Source: a virus | IMG/VR virus record: IMGVR_UViG_3300045988_094674 | Coordinates: 32,001-96,000 of that record | Reading direction: 5' to 3' (one strand) | DNA: 64,000 bases | Part shown: in pieces, positions 38,578 through 46,678 of the stretch | How the letters are laid out: each line of letters opens with the position of its first letter | Numbering within the stretch: the first letter of the stretch is position 1 | Translations under genes and position numbers: made by a program | The notes under the pieces: generated by a model | What the model was told of the DNA's origin: nothing | What the model saw: the letters and a program-made list of their open reading frames with translations, nothing else | The model's database searches: none

Positions 38578-38789
38578 ATAATCCAGCAATCCTTGATATC
38601 GCTCTCGGCTTCGTTCTGCACAAACATAGCCGAGATGAATTCGGTCGTAAAAATAATAAAGCACAGGCTATCCGTGAGATGTCAGATAATGAACTGGCCG
38701 CGTTCTTAAATGAGCTTGTCGCACAGCAAGATAATTGCCCGCAAACAATCGACGGCTGGAAAGAATGGCTGACAGAGGAAATAAAATGA
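38574..38789 (+). CDS. hypothetical protein
   Basis: ATGA overlap; RBS AAGGTGGG. Confidence 0.45.
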   Translation: MNNPAILDIALGFVLHKHSRDEFGRKNNKAQAIREMSDNELAAFLNELVAQQDNCPQTIDGWKEWLTEEIK

Positions 38790-38944
38790 ATAAAATAGAA
38801 GTAATTTGTTGTAAGGACTGCGATCTTTGGAACGCATGGGATAAACATGGAAATCTATGTAGTTGTACCCACTTTACACAAGATGATGCAGCGCCTGTAT
38901 ATACTAAACCTGACGATTTCTGTAGTTACGCAGAAAAGAAGTAA
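38786..38944 (+). CDS. small Cys-rich protein (52 aa)
   Basis: ATGA overlap; CCKDCDLW...CSCTH. Confidence 0.4.
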   Translation: MNKIEVICCKDCDLWNAWDKHGNLCSCTHFTQDDAAPVYTKPDDFCSYAEKK

Positions 38945-38954
38945 ATGCTAAAAA

Positions 38955-38998
38955 ATGGGGTACTGGTCCAATTAAGGATCAATACCCCATCTGTTTTT
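38955..38998 (+). terminator. terminator between convergent units
   Basis: ATGGGGTA/TACCCCAT stem, followed by CTGTTTTT and preceded by AAAAA. Confidence 0.55.
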
Positions 38999-39233
38999 AT
39001 ACTAGTTCAATATCACTTGGCTCTACGTAGCCCGATACATTCACTGAGATTGGATACTTGCCAATGCGACTTTCAAGATTTGTCACTCGATAGCGACCAT
39101 TGACTAGTTTTCCATCATAGATAAACCATTCTCCCCGGCGGCGCATACCGCAATGAGTCTGGCTGTTTGAAAATAATACTCCGTCTAATTTAATTTTGTC
39201 TCCTGCGCACAATGTATTCTTGTTATCTGCCAT
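38997..39233 (-). CDS. small protein coupled to endolysin (possible wall-binding module)
   Basis: ATG shares 1 nt with the endolysin TAA (TAATG); 78 aa, beta-rich. Confidence 0.45.
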   Translation of the reverse strand: MADNKNTLCAGDKIKLDGVLFSNSQTHCGMRRRGEWFIYDGKLVNGRYRVTNLESRIGKYPISVNVSGYVEPSDIELV

Positions 39234-39880
39234 TAAAACGAATTCCAAGTTGCTGGCCCACAAATACCGTCAGCCGACAATCCATGTGCTTTCTGCCATT
39301 CCACTAACTTAGCTTTTGTGCCAGCGCCAAAGATACCATCCACTTTCAAGCCAAGATGTCGCTGCAACACAGTGACAGCATAAGACGTGCCACTAGTGCA
39401 GTCCTTAGAACCCTGACGAATTGTAGGCATGATTTTACTCACGACATGATAAGCAGTACCGCTCTTACTAATCCAACGGCTTGAAGCCTCACGCACATCG
39501 ACGTGAACGAAACCGCCTGTCACTTGTGCACGACTATAATAGCCAATACCGCCGTGCTTCTGAAAGTAGGGGAGGGAAGCCACATACAGTGCAATACGGA
39601 TTGGATCGATACCAGCGATGTGAATATCTGCCGCTGTACCCAGACAATGCTGGCTGCGAGAACTGCCACCGATTGAAATATTGTACGCAGGAGTACGGTA
39701 GGCAGAACTAATCAGAACTGGTTTGCCAAAGTGATCACGAATCTGTTGTAGAGTCTCTACCAGCTCGGTTGCCACCTTGAATTCATCACTCTTATCATTG
39801 CAAGCAAATTCATAAGCGCAGAAATTCTTAGACAATTTTTTATTCCAGTCCTTTTTCATGGAATATGTAATAATACCCAT
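39233..39880 (-). CDS. endolysin: M15-type peptidase + peptidoglycan-binding domain
   Basis: SAYRTPAYN...SQHCLGTAADI...HVD zinc-peptidase motifs; C-terminal LQRHLGLKVDGIFGAGTKAKL...GLSADGICGPATW. Confidence 0.8.
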   Translation of the reverse strand: MGIITYSMKKDWNKKLSKNFCAYEFACNDKSDEFKVATELVETLQQIRDHFGKPVLISSAYRTPAYNISIGGSSRSQHCLGTAADIHIAGIDPIRIALYVASLPYFQKHGGIGYYSRAQVTGGFVHVDVREASSRWISKSGTAYHVVSKIMPTIRQGSKDCTSGTSYAVTVLQRHLGLKVDGIFGAGTKAKLVEWQKAHGLSADGICGPATWNSF

Positions 39881-39892
39881 GGAAACACACCT

Positions 39893-40213
39893 TCAATCCT
39901 TCTTGAGTTCGGTTTCAATTTTTTCGTTCTGAATATCCAGTTCCTTAACAGCAGCTTCAATCATCATCTCAATAACAGGAGTAACCTTTACACCCATCTT
40001 CTCCAGAATAGTAATAACGTACTTCTTTTTATCGGCTTTCTTGATCGCTCCGGTAAGACCAAGCTTTTCAGCTGCACGGACAGCCATCTGGACAATCTTG
40101 TACATACCAATCTGCTTCAGGTAAGGAATCCCATAGGCGATAAAGGCAGTGCCTGCACCAGTGATAACCAGCTTGACAACAACAGAAATAATCTGATTCA
40201 TATAATCCATCAT
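39893..40213 (-). CDS. holin (LL-H-like)
   Basis: 106 aa; N-terminal TM; immediately upstream of endolysin. Confidence 0.6.
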   Translation of the reverse strand: MMDYMNQIISVVVKLVITGAGTAFIAYGIPYLKQIGMYKIVQMAVRAAEKLGLTGAIKKADKKKYVITILEKMGVKVTPVIEMMIEAAVKELDIQNEKIETELKKD

Positions 40214-40281
40214 AATAAACCTCCTGATAAAAATAAAAGACCTACTAAAAAATCAATAGGTCATAGTTGATATATTAAATT

Positions 40282-40716
40282 TTATCCATTCTTTGGGTTG
40301 TTTTGACCGTCGATTAAATAGTTCTCAAGGGCAGCTTTTGCTTCCTTCATTGGCTCGATAGCATTTCCATCAATACCATGACTGAGCAGGGCAAGAAGAG
40401 CCTTCATAGTTACATTGCTTCCGTGTTCACTTTTATTGATGCGTTGCTCCGCCTCGACAATTTTGTGTTCGTGAACTTCAATCGTAATGGCATTTTCTTT
40501 CTGACGCTCTTCTAACTGAACAATCTTTGACTGAAAAAGGTCAAATCGATCTTTGTCAGCGGCAAGTTTCTTATCAATCGAATCGAACTTCTTGTCATGT
40601 TCTTCCAAATGTTCGTTCTGTTTGTTGTCTGGCTCCTTGATTTTACTGACAAATTTCATGATGACGGCGATAGCAGCCGAGATAGCAGTAATACCGCCAC
40701 AGATGCTTAAAATCAT
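40282..40716 (-). CDS. N-terminally anchored coiled-coil protein of the lysis module
   Basis: TM ILSICGGITAISAAIAVIM; no SD before ATG 40716; same frame is open through TAG 40720-40722 up to ATG 40782. Confidence 0.5.
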   Translation of the reverse strand: MILSICGGITAISAAIAVIMKFVSKIKEPDNKQNEHLEEHDKKFDSIDKKLAADKDRFDLFQSKIVQLEERQKENAITIEVHEHKIVEAEQRINKSEHGSNVTMKALLALLSHGIDGNAIEPMKEAKAALENYLIDGQNNPKNG

Positions 40717-40778
40717 GGTCTACAGTTGATGCATGGTAAAGGTGTATACGTGTGGTGCGGCATTCAATAGGACTGTAC

Positions 40779-40919
40779 TCATACTGTTGCGTCACCTCCG
40801 TTCTTAGCCTTCAGTGTCTCGTTGATGGCGGTAAGCTGGTTTGCAGCCGCATTCGGTGCCACGACAATCTCTTTCCCGGTCTCATCGAGGATAAAGGGCT
40901 TTAGTATTTCTTGTGCCAT
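40779..40919 (-). CDS. small protein (46 aa, below cutoff)
   Basis: RBS AAGGAGG 6 nt before ATG 40919. Confidence 0.5.
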   Translation of the reverse strand: MAQEILKPFILDETGKEIVVAPNAAANQLTAINETLKAKNGGDATV

Positions 40920-40935
40920 ACATTCCTCCTTTTTA

Positions 40936-40964
40936 TTGACAAAATTCTATCAACGTGATATGGT
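40936..40964 (+). promoter_or_regulatory. candidate plus-strand promoter in a minus-strand region
   Basis: TTGACA, 17-nt spacer, TATGGT. Confidence 0.4.
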
Positions 40965-40972
40965 TAAGTTAA
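40944..40972 (-). promoter_or_regulatory. candidate promoter for the lysis cassette
   Basis: TTAACT, 17-nt spacer, TGaTAGAAT (extended -10) on the minus strand. Confidence 0.4.
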
Positions 40973-41060
40973 ACATTCAATGTCGAGCGTGCATTACCTC
41001 ATTTATACGGGAAGAGTCTCTGTGCCCACAGCGGGTAATAGAGGCTCTTCCCTTTTATTT
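40971..41060 (+). ncRNA. candidate ~90-nt plus-strand small RNA
   Basis: Lies between the promoter at 40936-40964 and the terminator hairpin at 41009-41052 plus TTTTATTT. Confidence 0.3.
41009..41060 (+). terminator. intrinsic terminator (better formed on plus strand)
   Basis: 13-bp stem GGGAAGAGTCTCT/AGAGGCTCTTCCC; its single non-Watson-Crick pair is U-G on the plus strand and A-C on the minus strand; followed by TTTTATTT. Confidence 0.55.
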
Positions 41061-41495
41061 ACATATGGTTCTCCAGTGATAGTGCGGTTTATCCTCGTGG
41101 AATAACAAGTGTCGCAGCCAATCGTCAACATAGATGCACAACAACGAAAGAAAGAACCATAGCACTGTAAACGGTAGACAGATTTGACCTAGCAAATTGA
41201 AGGGTAGGGAAGAGTAGTCCCAGATATGTAACCCCAGCATCAGATTCAGCGGGATGCCCACGACAAGTTCCATTGCAGTCACAAATAACGCACCGACAAG
41301 ACCCTGTTCCCACATCGGCATCTCCCATGGAATATAATTGTTCAGACCGCCGATCACAACAAAGCAGATGCCACCCACTACAGCCATAGTCCAGTGTGAA
41401 TAACCACGCCACAATATTTCAATGCAATAATAAAGCGCCCCTCCTATCAAAAAGAGAAGGATGCACTTTAGATATTCTTTAACTTTACTCTTCAT
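41055..41495 (-). CDS. polytopic membrane protein, CmpB/'ABC-transporter type IV'-like
   Basis: 4-5 TM segments; CIEILWRGYSHWTM motif. Confidence 0.5.
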   Translation of the reverse strand: MKSKVKEYLKCILLFLIGGALYYCIEILWRGYSHWTMAVVGGICFVVIGGLNNYIPWEMPMWEQGLVGALFVTAMELVVGIPLNLMLGLHIWDYSSLPFNLLGQICLPFTVLWFFLSLLCIYVDDWLRHLLFHEDKPHYHWRTICK

Positions 41496-42025
41496 GATCT
41501 GACTACCTGAGCAACGCTGTCGTACTCGATTTTAATAGCATTAAGCTGTTCTAAAGTGTTACATTCCTTAATGCTCAATTCCAACTCCTGTTGATGAGAA
41601 ACAAATGGTTTAACATATACACCAATTTCTAGAGCTAACGCAGCTAAATTTTCATACGTCTACTCTACACATTCGGCACCAGTGCTATTCCATGTTAGCT
41701 TAAACGGCTGTGCGGTGGCTACAGAAATTTGATATAGAGCAAGATTTGAAGTCAACAAGGATTGCTTCTCACTTGTAACAGAATAATATTTACCATCTGT
41801 CCATTGTAATGGATGATTTTCAAGATATGTAGCTAGAATAGTTTTACTTTCTGAAACCTTTTTTTCTTTCTGAATCTTTAATGTATTTTCAGGATTGTTT
41901 TCAGTGAGTTCTGTGTATTCTTCTTTTGTTAATTTCCCTGCTAAATAAAAAGTATCTAATTTTGCAGTAAAATTATTTGTTTTTCCGGAAGCGATTACTT
42001 TTTTACATAGTTCATAAATGCTCAT
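41492..42025 (-). CDS. XkdX-like tail-module protein read through an in-frame TAG
   Basis: N-terminus FYLAGKLTKEEYTELT is XkdX-like; 55 sense codons follow TAG 41660-41662 and end in an ATGA overlap with the next gene. Confidence 0.6.
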
Positions 42026-42052
42026 AATAAATTACACTCTCCTCCTTTCTCT

Positions 42053-42235
42053 TTATTTAGCAGTTTCATCATCTGTCACGCCCAGCTCAAGAAGAGTCAG
42101 ACGGTAGTCCTGATCAAGGTTCAAAGCGTCCGCGTCCGCCAGAGCGGATTTCAGTGCTACTACCATTTCTGGCAACCTTTCTCTTATTTCCTTCTCCTGC
42201 CGGGTGGCCAGATTATCCTTTTTCCACTGAATCAT
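42053..42235 (-). CDS. hypothetical protein
   Basis: 60-aa ORF, GC-rich. Confidence 0.45.
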   Translation of the reverse strand: MIQWKKDNLATRQEKEIRERLPEMVVALKSALADADALNLDQDYRLTLLELGVTDDETAK

Positions 42236-42249
42236 AGTGACTGTCCTCC

Positions 42250-43509
42250 TTACTGGAATGCGCCGGAGACGGCTTTGATGTAGCCGCCGGTGCCGGATGC
42301 ACTGCGGCTGGCGCTGATGCGGAAATTGAATGCTGAACCGTTGGCAACAGTCTTGTTGGTGAACACGATGTTCATGCCTTTCTTCACCTCAGTGGTAGCA
42401 TCCTGCCAGGCTGGGGACGGGTCGTTGGCGTTGTTCGTGACCTCCGCCTTAAACACAGCATCATCGGGAATGCTACCCGTCACCTGAAGGACGGCAACGG
42501 TAATGTCACCATCCACTGCCAGCGGGGTGGTCAGGGTCACACTTGCGGCGTGGACGGCCTTGGTGAAGGTTGCGGACGCGCTGGTGGTTCCCTTGCCGTC
42601 GCTCACCTCAACCGTCATGGTGTGGTTGCCGTTCAGGATGCGCTGGAATCCGGCAGCATCGGCGACCTGCTCAAAGGTCAGGACCGTGCCGCTGGCAACA
42701 CCGGCGCGAGTTTTAGTGGTCTTGCCGTCCAGCTTTTCGGTGACAGTCAGCGTGTCGCCGTCGGCATCGGTAACGGTATACTTCCATGCAAAGACCGTGT
42801 TCTTCTCGCCAAGAGCTGCGCCGTCCGTGCTGACGGTAGGTGCAGTGTTGACACCGACCGTGCCGTCGTCAGAGACCGCGAGTGAAGAGGGCAGTACAAA
42901 AGCGGGGCGAACACCATAGGAGTAGCCGTACCAGTAGTTGCCGGTCTAGCCATTGATGTCAACGCCAAAGATGTTGGTGCCACTGCTGACGTCCGGAGAG
43001 CGCAGCCACCAAATGGCAGCGCTGCCGCCGTTGTAGGCGACACGCTTGTTGATGCCGTCAGAGCTGTTGTCGAAGTACGCCAGCCGAACACCCTCCTCGG
43101 GGAAATAGCTGTCGTCTCTGGTCGTAAAGCCAACCTCATAACCAGACAGCAGGAATACTTTCGTGCTCATGCCATTGGAGCCGGTGGCAAGGCTTCCGCC
43201 GCTGCCAACGCCGTTCTGGTACGGAATCTTGACCTATTTGATGACGTTGCGAATGTCCGTATCAATCAGGTTGTAGAATGTTCCGTTCAGGTATGTATCG
43301 ATGCTGGAACCCTTGTAGGAGTTATTGTTGCTGAACACAGACGTTGTGTAGATGTCCTTCATCAGCAGCTACGTCCCGGCACAACTCGAATCATAGGTGC
43401 TGGTATTCGGATTACCCTGCTGCACAACAATAAAATCTTTGGACGCGCCGTTGACCTTGATTTTAACGGTGCTGCCAACAGCCTTCATGCCGAGATTTAC
43501 ATTTGCCAT
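42250..43509 (-). CDS. receptor-binding/tail-fibre-like protein (DUF6273-like) with 3 in-frame TAG
   Basis: RBS AAGGAGGTG before ATG 43509; one frame through TAGs at 43369, 43234 and 42946; WWLRSP ... YGVRPAF; Ig-like DADGD region. Confidence 0.75.
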
Positions 43510-43527
43510 AAAAATTCACCTCCTTAC

Positions 43528-45402
43528 TCAAAATTCAATCCTTGCCTGTTCGGCGTTCCAAACGCCGGCAACGGTCAGGCCGTCCAGACTGCTGAATGTG
43601 GCGCTGAACGGATTCTTGGTCACGTTCGTGCCGAATTTGAGATCAATTGATTTTATAAGATTTTTAATTTCATCATACTTTGTATCAACAAGATCTTTAA
43701 GAACCTTGCCTTGTGCGGCACTCAAACTTTGATCTGTGTCTGTACTCGTTAAATTGTTTTGAATTCCACGCCAAGTATCGGTAAACTTTGCATCACTTGG
43801 TACGCTTTTCTCTAATGTGTAAGTACATGCAACAGGTTTACCACCAGAAAAATAAACTGGCTGAGATGCTGAACCAGCAGTTGCTGTATCAAGCTTAACA
43901 GCACTTATAGCGGAACCACCTACACTTGAAGATCCAGCGTAATTATGGGTATGATTGATAGGACTTTTTCCTGCCAGCGCATCACCGGTCGCTTTTGCAT
44001 CGGCAGGCGCACCAGAAATAGACAAAGTAGAATCTACAGCAATAGCGTTTTTTACTTTATCCGAATATTTTTTTGCATTTGCTTCAGATGCGGCCGCTGC
44101 CACAGCACTACTTTCTGCGTCATTTTTATTCATTTCGGACTCTTTTGCATAATTTGCTGCAGATTTGGCACTCTCGCTTGCCGCATTTTTATTCTTTTCA
44201 GTAACTAAAATCGAATCAGCTGCTTTTGTTGCACTTTCGCTTGCACTATTTGCAGATGCTAAAGCCGCTTCTTCACTAGCCTTTGATGCAGTTTCACTTG
44301 CTTTCGCATTAACTTCAGACGTGGACGCTGCTAGTTTAGATGTTTCAGCTGCTTTTTCTGATGCCTGAGCGTTAGATGCACTTTTGCTGGCAGCCGTCTC
44401 ACTTGCAGCGGAAGCAACTTCACTCGACTTTGCATTAGCTTCAGATTGTTTCGATGCGAGTTCACTGTTCTTGGAATTTGTTTCTGATTCTTTTGAATTT
44501 AGTTCTGATTTCTTTGCGTTATTTTCAGACGCGAGAGCCTTATCTTCAGAAATTTTCGCTTTGTTCTCACTATCCTCTGCGGCTAGTTCACTCTGTTTCG
44601 CAGCGTCTTTACTGTCGCTGGCTTCATGTGCAGAGGTTGCAGCACCTGTTTCAGATTGAGAAGCTGCTAACTCTGATTCTTTTGAAGCCAGCGCACTAGC
44701 TTTGGATGCGTCTTCACTATTTTTTGCCTTAACCGCACTTGTTTCGGCAGCATCGGCATATCCTTTAGATAAGTCACGATTTATTTCTGTCTTTGAGATA
44801 CTTTCTTTTGCTCGTTGTTCAATCTCTGCAAACCGGGCTGTCAAAATCTCCAAGTCAGACGGATCAACTTTTACTCCAGTTCCAGTTACGTTAATAGTCT
44901 CTTTAATTGGTAGGGAAGAGGGAAGTGTGTTAAAATTGTATGAAAACTCTTTTTTCCCGCTTTCGTTTGTTTCCAGACTATAAAAACGAATAGAGAACTT
45001 CACGATTCCATTGTGTGCAGTAACATCGTTTAGAATAGTCCATCCAAATAAAATCTTACCGGGAACAGTATCGATATCAATTTTAGTAATTGGATAAAAA
45101 CCGTCAGAGAGAACAGTTTCATATGCACCTTCATCACTGACCGATTCAAACTGAACTACGCACATTTCTGTGCTTAAATCATGCTGGTCAAAATATCTGT
45201 CGATCTCGAAATAAATAGTTTCCGCTGCATGATCATTTTCAACACCAAGGAATGTAAATTCATCAGGAACAGAAATTGTACGACTGTCAGCATCAATGAT
45301 AAAACGTGGCTCATCAGAGGGCAACATAACGAGTTCTTTTAATTGAGATTGATTTTGAATATCATCAAGTCGTTGTAGATATTCTTCTTTTGATGTGATC
45401 AA
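43528..45402 (-). CDS. tail fibre / upper-baseplate (BppU-N-like) protein with Ser/Ala/Glu-rich shaft
   Basis: TTG start after GAGGAGGTG; N-terminal ~190 aa paralogous to 45403-46176. Confidence 0.65.
   Translation of the reverse strand: MITSKEEYLQRLDDIQNQSQLKELVMLPSDEPRFIIDADSRTISVPDEFTFLGVENDHAAETIYFEIDRYFDQHDLSTEMCVVQFESVSDEGAYETVLSDGFYPITKIDIDTVPGKILFGWTILNDVTAHNGIVKFSIRFYSLETNESGKKEFSYNFNTLPSSLPIKETINVTGTGVKVDPSDLEILTARFAEIEQRAKESISKTEINRDLSKGYADAAETSAVKAKNSEDASKASALASKESELAASQSETGAATSAHEASDSKDAAKQSELAAEDSENKAKISEDKALASENNAKKSELNSKESETNSKNSELASKQSEANAKSSEVASAASETAASKSASNAQASEKAAETSKLAASTSEVNAKASETASKASEEAALASANSASESATKAADSILVTEKNKNAASESAKSAANYAKESEMNKNDAESSAVAAAASEANAKKYSDKVKNAIAVDSTLSISGAPADAKATGDALAGKSPINHTHNYAGSSSVGGSAISAVKLDTATAGSASQPVYFSGGKPVACTYTLEKSVPSDAKFTDTWRGIQNNLTSTDTDQSLSAAQGKVLKDLVDTKYDEIKNLIKSIDLKFGTNVTKNPFSATFSSLDGLTVAGVWNAEQARIEF
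44062..44760 (-). repeat. low-complexity Ser/Ala/Glu/Lys coding repeats
   Basis: About 230 aa of SE..A..S-type units (SKESELAASQSE, SKNSELASKQSEANAKSSE ...). Confidence 0.7.
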
Positions 45403-46176
45403 TTATGTCACCTCCTCATTTTGCGCTGACCAAATACTATTTAACTCTTCATATTGCGGTGTAACATCGCTATACATATCCGACACCTTTTTAAATAAGA
45501 CAAGCATTAGATTTTTTTCGTTTTGAGTTAGAGTAAACTTTTCTGCATTGGTGACAGCTGTATTGGCTCTCACAACATCTTTCCCAATGTTTTTTGCCAT
45601 AGTTGTAAATTTTTCAACTAAGCCTTCGACTTCTGCAGGCGGAATCTCTTTATCTGCGTCCATGGTGTCCAAAGAATCTTTTACGGGTAGCTCGACAGGA
45701 AGGGTATTGAAATTGTAAGCAAAAACAATAGTATCGTTTTCAGTTTTTGTCTCATAAAATCGAATAGAAAATCTTACATTTACAGCATAAGCCGTAACAT
45801 CGTTTTGAATCTCCCATCCAAAAATAATCTTACCATCTGCCGTATCTACATCCATTTTTACAACAGGATAAAACCCCGAACTGATTACCTGTTCTGAACC
45901 TTCAGTCGTATCAATAGACTCAAATTGAACGATACAAGTTTTCTCACTTAAATCTGCTTTATCAAAATATCGATCGATTTCAAAATAGATAGTCTCTGCT
46001 TTGTGGTCGTTTTTTACTCCAAGAAAAGTAAACTCGTCTGGAATCGTAATGGTGCGCTGATTTGCGTCAATAATGAAACGAGACTCGTTGCCCGGTAACA
46101 TAACCAACTGCTTTAGTCCTGCCTGATTCTGGATATCGTTAAGCCGCTCCATATACTCACTAGAAGAAGTAATCAC
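45403..46176 (-). CDS. BppU-N-like baseplate protein (short paralog)
   Basis: GTG start after GGAAGGAG; MITS..EY..RL.DIQNQ...LVMLP...RFIIDA shared with the downstream gene. Confidence 0.6.
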   Translation of the reverse strand: MITSSSEYMERLNDIQNQAGLKQLVMLPGNESRFIIDANQRTITIPDEFTFLGVKNDHKAETIYFEIDRYFDKADLSEKTCIVQFESIDTTEGSEQVISSGFYPVVKMDVDTADGKIIFGWEIQNDVTAYAVNVRFSIRFYETKTENDTIVFAYNFNTLPVELPVKDSLDTMDADKEIPPAEVEGLVEKFTTMAKNIGKDVVRANTAVTNAEKFTLTQNEKNLMLVLFKKVSDMYSDVTPQYEELNSIWSAQNEEVT

Positions 46177-46661
46177 TTAGTAACCACTCCTTCCTTGCTT
46201 AAAATCTCCGCATTCAGATTTGACATCTCTACGACACCATTGTACATAGATAGAATTTTATTATAGATATTAGCTGCGTTCTGATTGAATTCTTCCAACA
46301 TTGAAATTTGAGCCTTGAAATTGTAGATATCATTTTTTACATTCAACTCAAAATTCGGAGTTGAAACTTCAATAGAACCTGTCGCTGGATCAATGCCAAA
46401 CAGGCTAATAGTGCACTTTCCGTCTTTTGCCTTCGTAGGGAAGTCCATAGAACAAATATAATTATAATAAGAAGCACTTGTGCTGTTTGTTTGTTTCAAT
46501 CTGAGTAGGTCGATTTTGCCAGTATGGTCCTTAACTACACAATAAAATTGCAGATTTACATACTTCTTTTCAATGAAAAAAGTGATCTGGTCAAAGCTGT
46601 ATGTCTCAGAACAGGAAAACTTGGTTGACTTTAACTCACCATTCGAGAAAATTAGATTCAT
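46173..46661 (-). CDS. hypothetical baseplate-module protein
   Basis: RBS AAAGGAGTGG; 162 aa. Confidence 0.5.
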   Translation of the reverse strand: MNLIFSNGELKSTKFSCSETYSFDQITFFIEKKYVNLQFYCVVKDHTGKIDLLRLKQTNSTSASYYNYICSMDFPTKAKDGKCTISLFGIDPATGSIEVSTPNFELNVKNDIYNFKAQISMLEEFNQNAANIYNKILSMYNGVVEMSNLNAEILSKEGVVTK

Positions 46662-46678
46662 AATACCACTCCTTTCAT

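Noticed and set aside
42290-43139. ORFs within the fibre-tip gene region that are not the gene itself: plus-strand ORFs 42290-42487, 42503-42919 and 42550-42885, and the off-frame minus-strand ORF 42747-43139
   Set aside because: These are artefacts of high GC, which gives few stops in any frame. They overlap the well-supported TAG-containing gene.
43945-44983. Several plus-strand ORFs opposite the Ser/Ala/Glu repeat region
   Set aside because: Low-complexity coding repeats yield open antisense frames. None has an RBS.
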